Shown: positions 35,072-45,139, counted from the stretch's first letter. The stretch: 64,000 nt of DNA from Bacteroidales bacterium (GCA_017935575.1 JAGBHI010000003.1:5869-69868); one strand, 5' to 3'. Program-made: numbers and translations. Notes: generated by a model from the letters alone, not told the origin.

Positions 35072-37075
35072 TTACAACAAGTCTTTAACATCGGCATCAA
35101 TCTCCGCAATTTCTCTTAATGAAGGATCCATCTCTAATGCAGTTTCTATATAATTAATAGCTTCAACCACCATATCAAGACGGTTTGTTATTATTGCTTT
35201 TACATATAGTGTACGAGCTGAATCGTCTGGTAATTCTTGCGCTTTCTCCCAAGCCTCTTCGTTTCGCTTCATTGCCAAAAGGATTAGAACCTCATTTATT
35301 CCTCCCTCATCTGCAAATTGCTCCAATGCTTTTTTATAATCTCCATTTAATACGCGAGTCACAGATTTTATATAATCTGTTGTCTCAGAATCAGGCATTA
35401 AAGCTGCAACTGAATCGGCACTTTCATATCTCCAATCATCTAAATATGCAACGATCTGATTTGATAAGACCTCAACAGGAGCACCCTCTTTTATAAAAGG
35501 TTTCAATAATTCTGCATCTGAACGTCCTTGACGTATATACATTGCTGCAAGATTATTTGCAGCTAACATAAATTTGGGATATACTGATAATGCTTGAGTA
35601 TATAGAGTTTCTCGTTCAACATCATCTTTTGCCTGCAAGAACATTCTATAAAAGTCGTAACGAGAAAGTTGTGTGTAATTTTGCTCATACATCTCTCGTA
35701 TCTCCTCATCTTTTAGTACTCGATAAAGAGAGTATCCAAAGTTATATTCTACCCTTCTTAATTCTGGGAGATATTTGGGTACTATCAATGAACGATAGTA
35801 TGATAATTTACGTATTTTGTCAAATTGAGCATTTAATTTACCTGGATACTTATCAATTATTGCTTGCAACTCACTTGCTTTGTCTTCTAAAGAGTCACGT
35901 TTCATCATTGCCACTACAGGTAACCAGTCTTCAACTTTTGATGATGATTCTACTTTTAAGAACTCGCGTGTTACAGGGCTTATATATGATAATATTCTAT
36001 CACGTGCTACCTTCATACGTTCGTCTGCCAAAACAACATTTTTGCTGTAATTTCCATCTGGCGAAGATATACCATTGATTGACATTGACTCTAATCGTGC
36101 ATCTGGGTCGTTTTCAAGAAATGCTATTCTATCTTGTAACTTTTTAAGTTCCGACGCATTATGAGGATCGCTTTCGTCAATTTTTGCTTTACCTGGCAGA
36201 TATGTCAAATGTACCTCTCCCTTGTCGTTACGTAATGCTAACTCAGGTTTTGGTATATATATTGAATCGGTCAAATCTTGTGCTCCTAATTGATAATCAA
36301 AGAAACGCAATGGATTTACTGTACCTTTTGCAATAGTCATTGTATCAATTCTGATAATTTTCTTGTAATCTTCAACTGACAAGAATACATCTGAGCGATA
36401 ATCATCTCGGTTATTCTCAATATAGACAGAATCGTGGTATGCGATAATCTCTCCTTGACGAGACATCTGACTCTCTTGAATATATGGAGACAAAGTGTCT
36501 CGCTTAATATCAAACGAATACATTCGCTCTTGTGTCAAAAGATATTCTCTTCCGTCTGACACAACCGGACGCAAATAGATGATTTTACGACGTGTTACAT
36601 TATATATTGTAGGTTGTACTACCAAACGGTGGTCTAATGCCATTACCTCCTTTGGCACTTTAAATCTTGTGCGCAAATGGAAATAGTTTCCTATAACCTC
36701 TATCTCTGATGGTTCAAATACCACATTACCCAAAAGGCTCGCTGTTACTGTAATCTCCTCTATCTCACGAGCTGTAGATTTCATCTCTACATCAATGGTC
36801 AATCGGCCTTTTACTTTTACCTTCTCTTCAGAATATCCCATACAAGTAAAAGATAGTGTTGCATTTGGAGCTAACACAACCGAATATTTTCCATCTTCAT
36901 CGGTTATACCCAATACTCTCTGACGACCTAAATCCGTGATTGACACACCACCTATTCTCTCTCCATTATTTCCTCTAACCACACCGGTAAGACGAATATT
37001 TTGAGCGCAAATTTCAAATGGCAAAGCCAATATAAGCGTTGCTATCAACAATAATATTTTAGATATTCTTTTCAT
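35072..37075 (-). CDS. CarboxypepD_reg-like / DUF3868-like / TPR-like envelope protein
   Basis: 667 aa with a signal peptide. N-terminal carboxypeptidase-regulatory-like beta-sandwich (IRLTGVVRGNNGERIGGVSITD...DGKYSV). The central segment resembles DUF3868 (FHLRTRFKVP...RLVVQPTIYN...LRPVVSDGREY). There is an OmpA_C-like remnant (INGISSPDGNYSKNVVLADERMKVARDRI). The C-terminal ~200 aa is helical and TPR-like. Confidence 0.55.
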   Translation of the reverse strand: MKRISKILLLIATLILALPFEICAQNIRLTGVVRGNNGERIGGVSITDLGRQRVLGITDEDGKYSVVLAPNATLSFTCMGYSEEKVKVKGRLTIDVEMKSTAREIEEITVTASLLGNVVFEPSEIEVIGNYFHLRTRFKVPKEVMALDHRLVVQPTIYNVTRRKIIYLRPVVSDGREYLLTQERMYSFDIKRDTLSPYIQESQMSRQGEIIAYHDSVYIENNRDDYRSDVFLSVEDYKKIIRIDTMTIAKGTVNPLRFFDYQLGAQDLTDSIYIPKPELALRNDKGEVHLTYLPGKAKIDESDPHNASELKKLQDRIAFLENDPDARLESMSINGISSPDGNYSKNVVLADERMKVARDRILSYISPVTREFLKVESSSKVEDWLPVVAMMKRDSLEDKASELQAIIDKYPGKLNAQFDKIRKLSYYRSLIVPKYLPELRRVEYNFGYSLYRVLKDEEIREMYEQNYTQLSRYDFYRMFLQAKDDVERETLYTQALSVYPKFMLAANNLAAMYIRQGRSDAELLKPFIKEGAPVEVLSNQIVAYLDDWRYESADSVAALMPDSETTDYIKSVTRVLNGDYKKALEQFADEGGINEVLILLAMKRNEEAWEKAQELPDDSARTLYVKAIITNRLDMVVEAINYIETALEMDPSLREIAEIDADVKDLL

Positions 37076-37091
37076 CTCTGATTACTCCTTT

Positions 37092-37679
37092 TTAGAAAAT
37101 AACGTAAGAAACTGTTACTCCTAACTTAATAGGCACCAAACACCATCTGTTTGCATTATTTGTTGCAGGGAGAGGCTCTCCTTCAAGATATTTCTTTTCC
37201 CAACGATGCATTACTCCTACTCCTGCTGTCAGTTCCAAATTCCACCTTTTAGTCAAAACAAAATTATAACCATAAGTAAAACCTCCACCCAATGCTTGTC
37301 CATCATGATACTCCTTTTTACGCATTAAGTCATAATCAAGGTATAACAATGTAAATCCTAAAAAGTGTTGCGCCATAGGGCGTTGAAACCAATAACGCAA
37401 TTCAGGTTGAAGACTCAAATGGTTAAATTTTGAATCAGCATATGGAGTCCAAACATTAAATGACGCTGACAAATCAAGCGACATATAAGGATTCACTACA
37501 AACTCTGCAGATACATTTGGAGAGATCGTCGCCCAATCCAAAACGTTAGTTTTTACAGCTATTTTTTGAGACAGACCTGATAAAGGCACCAACATAAATA
37601 GTATAAATAACACTATTTTTGCCTTTCTTTTTAAAAGAGAATTTGAGGCATTTACGTTATTTATTGAATGTATTTTCAT
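37092..37679 (-). CDS. DUF3575 domain outer-membrane beta-barrel protein
   Basis: 195 aa with a signal peptide. KTNVLDWATISPNVSAEF...LSLQPELRYWFQRPMAQHFLGF... matches the DUF3575 pattern (KTNLLYDA...QPE.RYWF). Confidence 0.75.
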   Translation of the reverse strand: MKIHSINNVNASNSLLKRKAKIVLFILFMLVPLSGLSQKIAVKTNVLDWATISPNVSAEFVVNPYMSLDLSASFNVWTPYADSKFNHLSLQPELRYWFQRPMAQHFLGFTLLYLDYDLMRKKEYHDGQALGGGFTYGYNFVLTKRWNLELTAGVGVMHRWEKKYLEGEPLPATNNANRWCLVPIKLGVTVSYVIF

Positions 37680-37757
37680 ATCTTTAATTAATCTTTTTAT
37701 TATTTTCTCTGATACTCAGCAGAAAACAAGCATTCTGCAGATCACAAAATACGGGCG

Positions 37758-37765
37758 CAAAGTTA
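37758..37765 (-). promoter_or_regulatory. Putative -7 promoter box (TAACTTTG on minus strand) for the DUF3575 operon
   Basis: The plus strand reads CAAAGTTA, 79 nt upstream of ATG 37679. Confidence 0.3.
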
Positions 37766-38016
37766 CATAAATCTTTTATATTTTACAATATTTTTTTAAT
37801 AAATATTTTCTTAATATTCACTATTTTAGAATAACTGTTCCTAAGTAACTACAATCTCGTAATGAGGTATCACAAATGTTTAGTTTATAAAAAATTTACT
37901 TGCAAAATTTCGTATAATTAGTATTTATCGTTACTTTTGTATGATTATTATGTAAATTGCGAATTTATTTGTAGTTACGACATATCACCTCTTTTAATTC
38001 AAGAAATAAAAGCAAA

Positions 38017-39237
38017 ATGATTAACAACCCTGAGATAAACAGCATAAAGCAACGATTTAATATTATAGGAACCACCCCCTCATTATTAAGAGCAATAAGC
38101 CGAGCTATTCAAGTTGCGAGGTTTGACATATCGGTTCTTATAACTGGAGAGAGCGGAACGGGTAAGGAGTTTTTTCCTAAAATAATACATGAAAACAGCG
38201 AAAGAAAACACAAAAAATATATAGCCGTAAACTGCGGAGCAATACCTGAAGGGACTATTGATTCAGAGCTATTTGGGCATGAAAAAGGAGCCTTTACGGG
38301 TGCTTTGGCCGACAGAAAAGGGTACTTTGAAGAAGGCAACGGAGGAACAATATTTTTAGACGAAGTTGGTGAACTACCATTAACGACACAAGCTCGCCTT
38401 TTAAGAGTTTTGGAAAATGGAGAATTTTTAAAGGTAGGTTCTTCAAAAGTTCAAAAAACAGATGTACGAATTGTGGCTGCTACCAATATGAATATGACAA
38501 AAGCCATTCAGGAAGGCAAATTCAGGGAGGATCTTTTTTACCGATTAAACACGGTGCATATTGAGCTTCCCCCTCTTCGTAATAGAATGGACGACATTCT
38601 TCTGCTATTCAGAAAATTCACATCTGATTTTGCCGAAAAATACAAAATGCCGGCAATTCGTTTAACCGAAGACGCAAAAGAGCTTTTGCTTTCATATCGT
38701 TGGCCCGGAAATATCAGGCAACTACGAAATATTACTGAACAGATTTCAATATTAGAGACTTCAAGAGAGGTTAATGCTGATGTTCTTCGTTCATATCTTC
38801 CTGTTTATGATGGACCTAATTTACCTGCCATAAACAAGAGGGAGAGCAATGCCTTTATAGATGGCGAACGAGAAATGCTCTATAAAATAATATTGGAAAT
38901 GCGTAAAGAGTTGAATGAGATTAAAGAAAAAATTGAATCGACTGATATAACCGATATAAATATTCCTCATAAACTTCACTCCTCAAATTATGGAGAAGAG
39001 ATACATCATGAGGTTATACCATCTGTAATTGAACGCAAAACGCAAATTTTTGATAATATTGAAACTGTACATGCTGAAAGTGTTGAAGACAATACCCTTT
39101 CGCTTGAAGATGCGGAAAAAGAGATGATAAAAAAAGCTCTTGAAAGAAATAATGGCAAACGCAAGAAATGCGCTGAGGAGTTAAAAATTTCAGAAAGGAC
39201 ACTATATCGCAAAATAAAAGAATACAATTTAGACTAA
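38017..39237 (+). CDS. Sigma-54-dependent Fis-family transcriptional activator lacking an N-terminal sensory/receiver domain
   Basis: The AAA+ domain begins ~15 aa from the N-terminus (Walker A GESGTGKE, GAFTGA loop in HEKGAFTGA, Walker B TIFLDEVGE, RWPGNIRQL). C-terminal Fis-type HTH (AEELKISERTLYRKIKEY). Confidence 0.88.
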   Translation: MINNPEINSIKQRFNIIGTTPSLLRAISRAIQVARFDISVLITGESGTGKEFFPKIIHENSERKHKKYIAVNCGAIPEGTIDSELFGHEKGAFTGALADRKGYFEEGNGGTIFLDEVGELPLTTQARLLRVLENGEFLKVGSSKVQKTDVRIVAATNMNMTKAIQEGKFREDLFYRLNTVHIELPPLRNRMDDILLLFRKFTSDFAEKYKMPAIRLTEDAKELLLSYRWPGNIRQLRNITEQISILETSREVNADVLRSYLPVYDGPNLPAINKRESNAFIDGEREMLYKIILEMRKELNEIKEKIESTDITDINIPHKLHSSNYGEEIHHEVIPSVIERKTQIFDNIETVHAESVEDNTLSLEDAEKEMIKKALERNNGKRKKCAEELKISERTLYRKIKEYNLD

Positions 39238-39752
39238 TGAAACGTATATACAAAAAAATAGTTTTATCATTTGTCATAGTTACAATAATGGCAGGCTGTA
39301 CCATATCATACAAATTTAATGGTGCTTCAATTGACTATAATACAACAAAAACTATATCGATTGCAGATTTTCCCATTAGAGCCTCATTGGTATATCCTCC
39401 TCTTGCTCAAGCATTCAATCTTGCATTGGAAGATATATATGTAAGACAAACACGTTTGAACGTTGTAAGAAACAACGGAGACCTACAAGTTGAAGGTGAG
39501 ATTACAGGATACGACCTTACTCCTCAAGCCGTAAAAAGTGATGCTTATGCATCACAAACAAGACTAACAGTAAGAGTAAGAGTAAAATATACTGACACTA
39601 AAAATCCTCAATTTAGTATTGACGAAACATTCAGCGCTTATCGCGATTTTGACAGTTCAAGACTATTGACTGAGGTTCAAGATGAACTCATTGGCGAAAT
39701 AACAAAAGAGTTGGCAGAACTCATTTTTAATGCAACTGTAGCAAACTGGTAA
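39237..39752 (+). CDS. lptE: LptE-like LPS-assembly lipoprotein
   Basis: 171 aa with lipobox MAGC. Its start overlaps the EBP stop (TAATG). It holds the EBP - lptE - x - secG position conserved in Bacteroidota. The assignment rests mainly on context. Confidence 0.55.
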   Translation: MKRIYKKIVLSFVIVTIMAGCTISYKFNGASIDYNTTKTISIADFPIRASLVYPPLAQAFNLALEDIYVRQTRLNVVRNNGDLQVEGEITGYDLTPQAVKSDAYASQTRLTVRVRVKYTDTKNPQFSIDETFSAYRDFDSSRLLTEVQDELIGEITKELAELIFNATVANW

Positions 39753-39755
39753 TCT

Positions 39756-40412
39756 ATGGCTCGCAATAATAAAACAAAAAACAGAGTCTCAGACGGATAC
39801 AAACGCAACAATCTGCTCTCGGCAATGAATAAGCCGGGAGACAACCTTGCAACCCTCTCTAAAGAGTTGAAAAAGTTAGCAGCATTTATGCACAACTCAA
39901 AAAATAACGAAACAGACAACTACGAGCCTAAAGATATTATTGAAAAATCTGAGAACAATTCAGAAGATAATTTCTCATCAATAAATTCATTCTTAGAGAG
40001 TAATGGCGTTAAGGAAACATCTCTTGACGATATTCTTATAAGCGAGGGTTATAGTAACGATTACTTTGCTATGAACGAGGAGACAACCACTCCCCTGCAT
40101 AATGATAAACAGATAAATTCAATTGACTCTTTTATTGAAGCAGTTGAAAATGGAGAGTTTAGTAAATCCATTGAAGATGATAGTGAAGAAGAGATTGATG
40201 AGGACCTGCTTGAAGAAGAGGAGTATAACCAACCTATTGATGAGAGTTTTTACACAGAAAGTTTGGCAAGTATTTATATAAAACAACGTAAATATGCACG
40301 AGCTTTGGAAATTATTAAGAGCATAAGTTTGAAAAATCCAGAAAAAAATATTTACTTTGCAGACCAAATTAGGTTTTTGGAAAAATTGATTATTAATGTA
40401 AAATCTGAATAA
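39756..40412 (+). CDS. Acidic hypothetical protein with C-terminal TPR-like helix pair
   Basis: 218 aa with a Glu/Asp/Asn-rich centre. The C-terminus reads YTESLASIYIKQRKYARALEIIKSISLKNPEKNIYFADQIRFLEKL. Confidence 0.5.
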   Translation: MARNNKTKNRVSDGYKRNNLLSAMNKPGDNLATLSKELKKLAAFMHNSKNNETDNYEPKDIIEKSENNSEDNFSSINSFLESNGVKETSLDDILISEGYSNDYFAMNEETTTPLHNDKQINSIDSFIEAVENGEFSKSIEDDSEEEIDEDLLEEEEYNQPIDESFYTESLASIYIKQRKYARALEIIKSISLKNPEKNIYFADQIRFLEKLIINVKSE

Positions 40413-40414
40413 AC

Positions 40415-40762
40415 ATGGCAACATTTATTACCATTCTTATTGTACTTGCAGCTATATTGATGATTCTCATCGTGTTAGTACAAAATTCTAAAGGTGGAGG
40501 TTTGGCTTCAGGCTTTGCTTCATCAAACCAAATTATGGGTGTTAGAAAAACTACTGACTTCCTTGAGAAAACAACTTGGACATTGGCTGCAACTATTGTT
40601 GTCCTAAGTATTCTTTCTGCTGCGTTTATCTCTCGCACAGGAGTTGAGACTTCTGAAATTCAGAACTCAATTCAACAAGAGGCTCCCGTTGCAATGCCCG
40701 ACATTCAACAAGAGACAGCTCCTGCAGAGGTTCCCGCTCTACCAGAGAATGCTCAAAACTAA
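40415..40762 (+). CDS. secG: Preprotein translocase subunit SecG
   Basis: 115 aa. Two TM helices around the conserved LVQNSKGGGLASGFAS loop. Confidence 0.85.
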   Translation: MATFITILIVLAAILMILIVLVQNSKGGGLASGFASSNQIMGVRKTTDFLEKTTWTLAATIVVLSILSAAFISRTGVETSEIQNSIQQEAPVAMPDIQQETAPAEVPALPENAQN

Positions 40763-40787
40763 TAGTTATAGTACATAGTTAAGAGAT

Positions 40788-40819
40788 AAAAAAACAGCAA
40801 CATAAGTTGCTGTTTTTTT
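40788..40819 (+). terminator. Intrinsic terminator after secG
   Basis: AAAAAACAGCAAC-ATAA-GTTGCTGTTTTTT, a perfect stem plus a T-run. Confidence 0.85.
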
Positions 40820-40984
40820 ATATTCATTTGTAAGCAATTGATGCATTACATAAACTTTATCAGCCAATTTTAGCGAATTAGATATCTACTTCAAAAAACA
40901 CAATTATATATCTTTACTACGATAACTCTCACCCCTATTTTTAATATATAAGATAATATTTAAACCATTACACTCACCATATAG

Positions 40985-41024
40985 ATATCAAGCAGATTAT
41001 TCAATTGAACAATCTGCTTGATAT
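40985..41024 (-). terminator. Terminator hairpin downstream of the GH16/T9SS gene
   Basis: 14-bp perfect stem ATATCAAGCAGATT / AATCTGCTTGATAT. Confidence 0.7.
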
Positions 41025-41066
41025 TTTATTATTAGCTTCTAAAATGACCAAGTATAAGAAATAAGG

Positions 41067-43119
41067 CTATTTAACTACCACCTTATATACTTTTGATGCA
41101 ACTTTTACAATATATATACCGGAAGTTTTCACTATTTGCGCTTGTCCATCAACAAATTGTCTATTTTCAACTATTCCCGACATATTATATATATGTACTT
41201 CTTCGTTTTTTGAAGTAACTATATTTATTGCTCCTGCCGATGCATATACTACCGCTTCAACCGCATTTACATCTTCTATACCGCTAAAATTGGTATATTG
41301 AACATTTATCTCGGTATCGGAAGTTACTTTTATTGAATGCTTTCCGTTAATCAATTCTGACGATTTATCTTCTCCGTTTACGGTATATGCAATAAGTGAC
41401 TCTCCTTCAACAGGAGTAAGAGCTACTGCAACTTCTGTTCCATAATTAACCATTGAACCACTTTGTAGTTCATTTTGCTCTGCGTCTTTAAGGATAAAAT
41501 CAACTCCTCCTTCAATGGTATAGTTTATAGTATGTTGTTTTATTTTATAGGTTGCAGATATTTATTTGTGTATCCGACTCAGGTAGATATGCATAAGAGC
41601 CTGACGAATTGTGTTGTGCCGTTACATCTTCTTCATTTATTAACAACTGTTCCAACTCATATCCCTCTACAGGGGTTGCAGTTATTAATAATACTGTATT
41701 TTCAGGGACAGTAGTTCCTGATGCCACAATAGAGTTGTTTTCCAATGTTTTAACCATGAGTTTACCTCCTTGCTCATAATTTTTATAAAATTTTACCCAA
41801 TCAAGATACATCTCAACCGGCAGATCTGCACCTGTTACACTTCCTACCCATGAACCTCCTAATTGCATATCAAGAATAAGGTAAAACTCTTTTCCGTACG
41901 GATATTGATCGGTTGCCCCTGTATTGGGATATGCCATTGTTACATTGCCGTTTACCATCAACTTGGTTGTATCCGGAGAAAGCACTACTCCATAAGTGTT
42001 ATAATTTGCAACATTTACAGATTCTGTTATATGAGACAAAGGACTCTCCTTGCTTACATTATATGTATAATTGCTATGTAGTGTTTGATATACAAAGCCA
42101 TCGTAATTGAGATGCTCAAAGATATCTATCTCGCCACAACCGGGCCAACCTGCCGATTGGTCTTCAGGCATCATCCATAACGCTGGCCATGCGCCTTGAG
42201 CTGATGAGGTCTTTGCTCTTATCTCAATACGTCCGTTTGAGAAACTTTTTTTACCTAACGACTCTATTCCTCCACATAAATATGAACGGGTATCGCCTGT
42301 TATTGCTTGTCCCGGATTAGCTATTCCTCTGAGAACTATATTTCCGTCTATAAAATCAAAGCAACCATCGTATGTTGATATGTTTTTTCGCCAATCGGGA
42401 TTTCCGCTCTCATATGGTTCAATCTTTGTCCAGATGGTTTCATCAAGAGTGCCTTTGTCAAATTGCTCCTCCCACTCCAATTTATACTCCGATGTATATT
42501 GGTTATTTATGGTTATCTCGTAGTTACGAACCAAACCTGATAGCCTGAGAGTCAAATCTACTATTGCCCCTCCATTCTGCTCCATTGAATTACCTGTTGC
42601 AGTTGTACGTCCGCATGGGTCAGGAGAATCCCAATCAACTTTAATTCTCATACGGTAATCTCCCGATGGGATATCTTCGGGTATAATAAACGAGGGAGTT
42701 GACGATGGTGGACATACACCTCCATCAGCAAGTTGTTCTCCTTTACTGTTACGCCATACACCATTCTGCATATAGCCACTATGTGCCACAAGCTCATTAT
42801 TGGTGTTAAATTCTCCATCGTTATCATAATCAATATATACATATCCCTGCATCCAAACTCCTTCATATACAATTTGAGGTGTTATTGTTGCCCCGGCTTG
42901 TGCATAAAAAACTTTTGATGTTTTGTTATAATATATGGGAGAGTATCCGCTTGATGCTATAGTGAGAGGTGAAAATTCATAGGTTCCCCCTGTGAATGCT
43001 ACACTACTAAGATAGCGCGACGAGTTTGAAGATGTTGTTCGCGTACAATAATCAGCCTTAACATTCATAGATGTTAATACTGAAAACATCATCAGCAATA
43101 AAAAGTAGCTTTTTCTCAT
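41067..43119 (-). pseudogene. GH16 glycoside hydrolase with N-terminal GEVED-like module and T9SS CTD, split by a frameshift
   Basis: The upstream ORF (41545..43119) has a signal peptide, a GEVED-like module (aa 23-193) and a GH16 domain with catalytic GEIDIFE (nt 42115-42135). It stops at TAA 41545-41547. The other frame is open from 41561 and reads ISATYKIKQHTINYTIEGG...MVNYGTEV... through to a Por_Secre_tail-like end (HIYNMSGIVENRQ...GIYIVKVASKVYKVVVK). Confidence 0.65.
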
Positions 43120-43180
43120 ATTAATTATATTTTAATTGTTTACGATTTGTAAAGATATACATTTTTAATAATAAAAAGTT

Positions 43181-43210
43181 GAGGATATGTCTTTTTTTTG
43201 ACATATCCTC
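43181..43210 (-). terminator. Intrinsic terminator after yidC
   Basis: Perfect 11-bp stem GAGGATATGTC / GACATATCCTC with a T8/A8 loop, and a T-rich tract downstream on the minus strand. Confidence 0.75.
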
Positions 43211-43246
43211 AACTATATGTTGTCATTTTTATGTTCTAATCAAACA

Positions 43247-45139
43247 TTAACGGCGTTTTGCTTGTTGTTTTGCACGCTCACGCATTAATGCCTCTTGTCG
43301 CTTTTGTGCCTCTTCTAATCTTGCCATAAATCCGCTCTTTTTACGAGGTTTCTTTTGGTTCTCTTTTAGTTTTGCCAAAACCTTCTCCTCATTTATTAAT
43401 TTACGGAAAGCATATGTTTGAAGTATTGTTATCAATAGAGATACAAAATAATAGTAACTCAATCCTGATGCATAGTTATTAAAGAAGACCAAAAACATCA
43501 ATGGCATTAAATACATCATTGCTTTCATTCCCGGCATTTGAGAGCCTGTTGCCTGACTATCCATATTTATCTTTGTATAGATAATATTTGTTATGGTCAT
43601 CAAAAGACAGAACAAACTTATGTGATTCCCGAAGAATGGTGTTATCAGTGGTATATACATATCCCATGAGAAGATTGAGTCGTATGATGACAAATCTTCA
43701 GCCCAAAGGAATGGTTCTCCTCTCAACTCTATTGATGAAGGGAAGAAGGCAAACATTGCTATCAATATGGGCATTTGTAATAACATTGGAAGACAACCGC
43801 TCATTGGGTTTGCACCTGCCTTGCTATACAAATCCATTGTCGCACGTTGACGTTCCATTGCCTTTTCATTGCCTGGATATTTTTTGTTTATCTCTTCAAC
43901 CTGGGGACGCAATACTCTCATTTTGGCTGTTGACATATACGACTTGTATGTAAGTGGTAACAATATCAACTTTATTATTATTGTTAATAAAAGTATTATT
44001 ATTCCATAGTTACTAATAAAACCTCCGAGGAATGTAAATACAGGAATTACAAGTATCGTGTTTATCCAGCGAAATAGAGATATTCCCAATGGAATAAGCC
44101 TATCCAAATCAAGTTGCTCAGCATCATCTAAACCTTTATCATAACTTTTTAACAATGGATAGAGATTGGGTCCTAAGAATATTCTGAATGATGGTCCTTG
44201 TGCATTAGCAGGATTATAATCAAACGATGTTTTTACATCAAAATTCTTCAAATAAGCCGAATCGCCTTCAATTATTGAAGAGGTCATCTCTGCTCCATTA
44301 AATTTATGGTCGGCGATAAAGGCTGATGAGAAGAACTGATTTTTAAAACCTAACCACTTTATTCCTGTATTAAAGGTCTCCTTGTCATCGTCTGTTTCTG
44401 AGAGATAGTCAACATCTGAACCTACAAATTTGTAATACAATGCGCTATTACGCTCCTCAAACATTCGCCCTTTTTCTTGACTGCGAAGTTTTTGATTCCA
44501 ATAAAAATCAAGATGAGCAGTATTTTTTGGTAACACATTATTCATTCCCTCCTGCTCAATCTCCATTTTAAGCATATAGCTATCTGAAGGGAGTGTATAT
44601 TTTACAGCAAAGTTAGCTCCGTTATCAGTAGCCAAAGACATAACAACGGTTGAATCTGAGTTTTTTTCTGCTGAAAAATACAAATCATTAGAATCAACAA
44701 CTCTACCTTGAGTTTTAAAAATGATACCATAATTATTATCGCTCTCGTCAAAAAGAACCAACGGCAATGAATCGTAACGAGAATACTCTTTAAGAGTTGC
44801 CTTACTCAATACTCCACCCTTGCTATTAAATTGTAAATCAACAAGATTGTTTGATAATGTTATTATACTATCAACGCCCTGTGCCACTGACGAAAACTCT
44901 CCAAATTCAGCCTTTAGTTGAGCATCAACCATTGCTGAATCAGTTACTACGTTTTCAGTTTGCGCTTTTATAGCCTCTGCTTCTGCTATAGCCTGCAACA
45001 TCTCTTGTTGCACAAGCGCTATTGAATCATTATATTTTTTTGCCTGCTCAATCTCCTCTTGCGAAGGTTGATTAAGCCATGAATAACCAAAAAGAAGTGC
45101 CGCTATAAGGAGAAATCCTATTATAGTGTTTTTATCCAT
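43247..45139 (-). CDS. yidC: Membrane protein insertase YidC (long Bacteroidota form)
   Basis: 630 aa. N-terminal TM, large periplasmic P1 domain, and a conserved C-terminal 5-TM core (MSGCLPMLLQMPILIAMF) with a basic tail. Confidence 0.93.
   Translation of the reverse strand: MDKNTIIGFLLIAALLFGYSWLNQPSQEEIEQAKKYNDSIALVQQEMLQAIAEAEAIKAQTENVVTDSAMVDAQLKAEFGEFSSVAQGVDSIITLSNNLVDLQFNSKGGVLSKATLKEYSRYDSLPLVLFDESDNNYGIIFKTQGRVVDSNDLYFSAEKNSDSTVVMSLATDNGANFAVKYTLPSDSYMLKMEIEQEGMNNVLPKNTAHLDFYWNQKLRSQEKGRMFEERNSALYYKFVGSDVDYLSETDDDKETFNTGIKWLGFKNQFFSSAFIADHKFNGAEMTSSIIEGDSAYLKNFDVKTSFDYNPANAQGPSFRIFLGPNLYPLLKSYDKGLDDAEQLDLDRLIPLGISLFRWINTILVIPVFTFLGGFISNYGIIILLLTIIIKLILLPLTYKSYMSTAKMRVLRPQVEEINKKYPGNEKAMERQRATMDLYSKAGANPMSGCLPMLLQMPILIAMFAFFPSSIELRGEPFLWAEDLSSYDSIFSWDMYIPLITPFFGNHISLFCLLMTITNIIYTKINMDSQATGSQMPGMKAMMYLMPLMFLVFFNNYASGLSYYYFVSLLITILQTYAFRKLINEEKVLAKLKENQKKPRKKSGFMARLEEAQKRQEALMRERAKQQAKRR

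Noticed and set aside
37680-38016. Sigma-54 (-24 GG / -12 GC) promoter for the DUF3575 operon, driven by the divergent EBP
   Set aside because: Reading both strands, I found no TGGCAC-N5-TTGC-like element. Only a sigma-70-type TAACTTTG box is present, so a regulatory link between the EBP and the operon is unsupported.
41475-41714. 79-aa plus-strand ORF spanning the GH16 frameshift region
   Set aside because: It is antisense to a clearly coding region in both flanking frames, has a TTG start and has no motifs. I treat it as a shadow ORF rather than the cause of the split.
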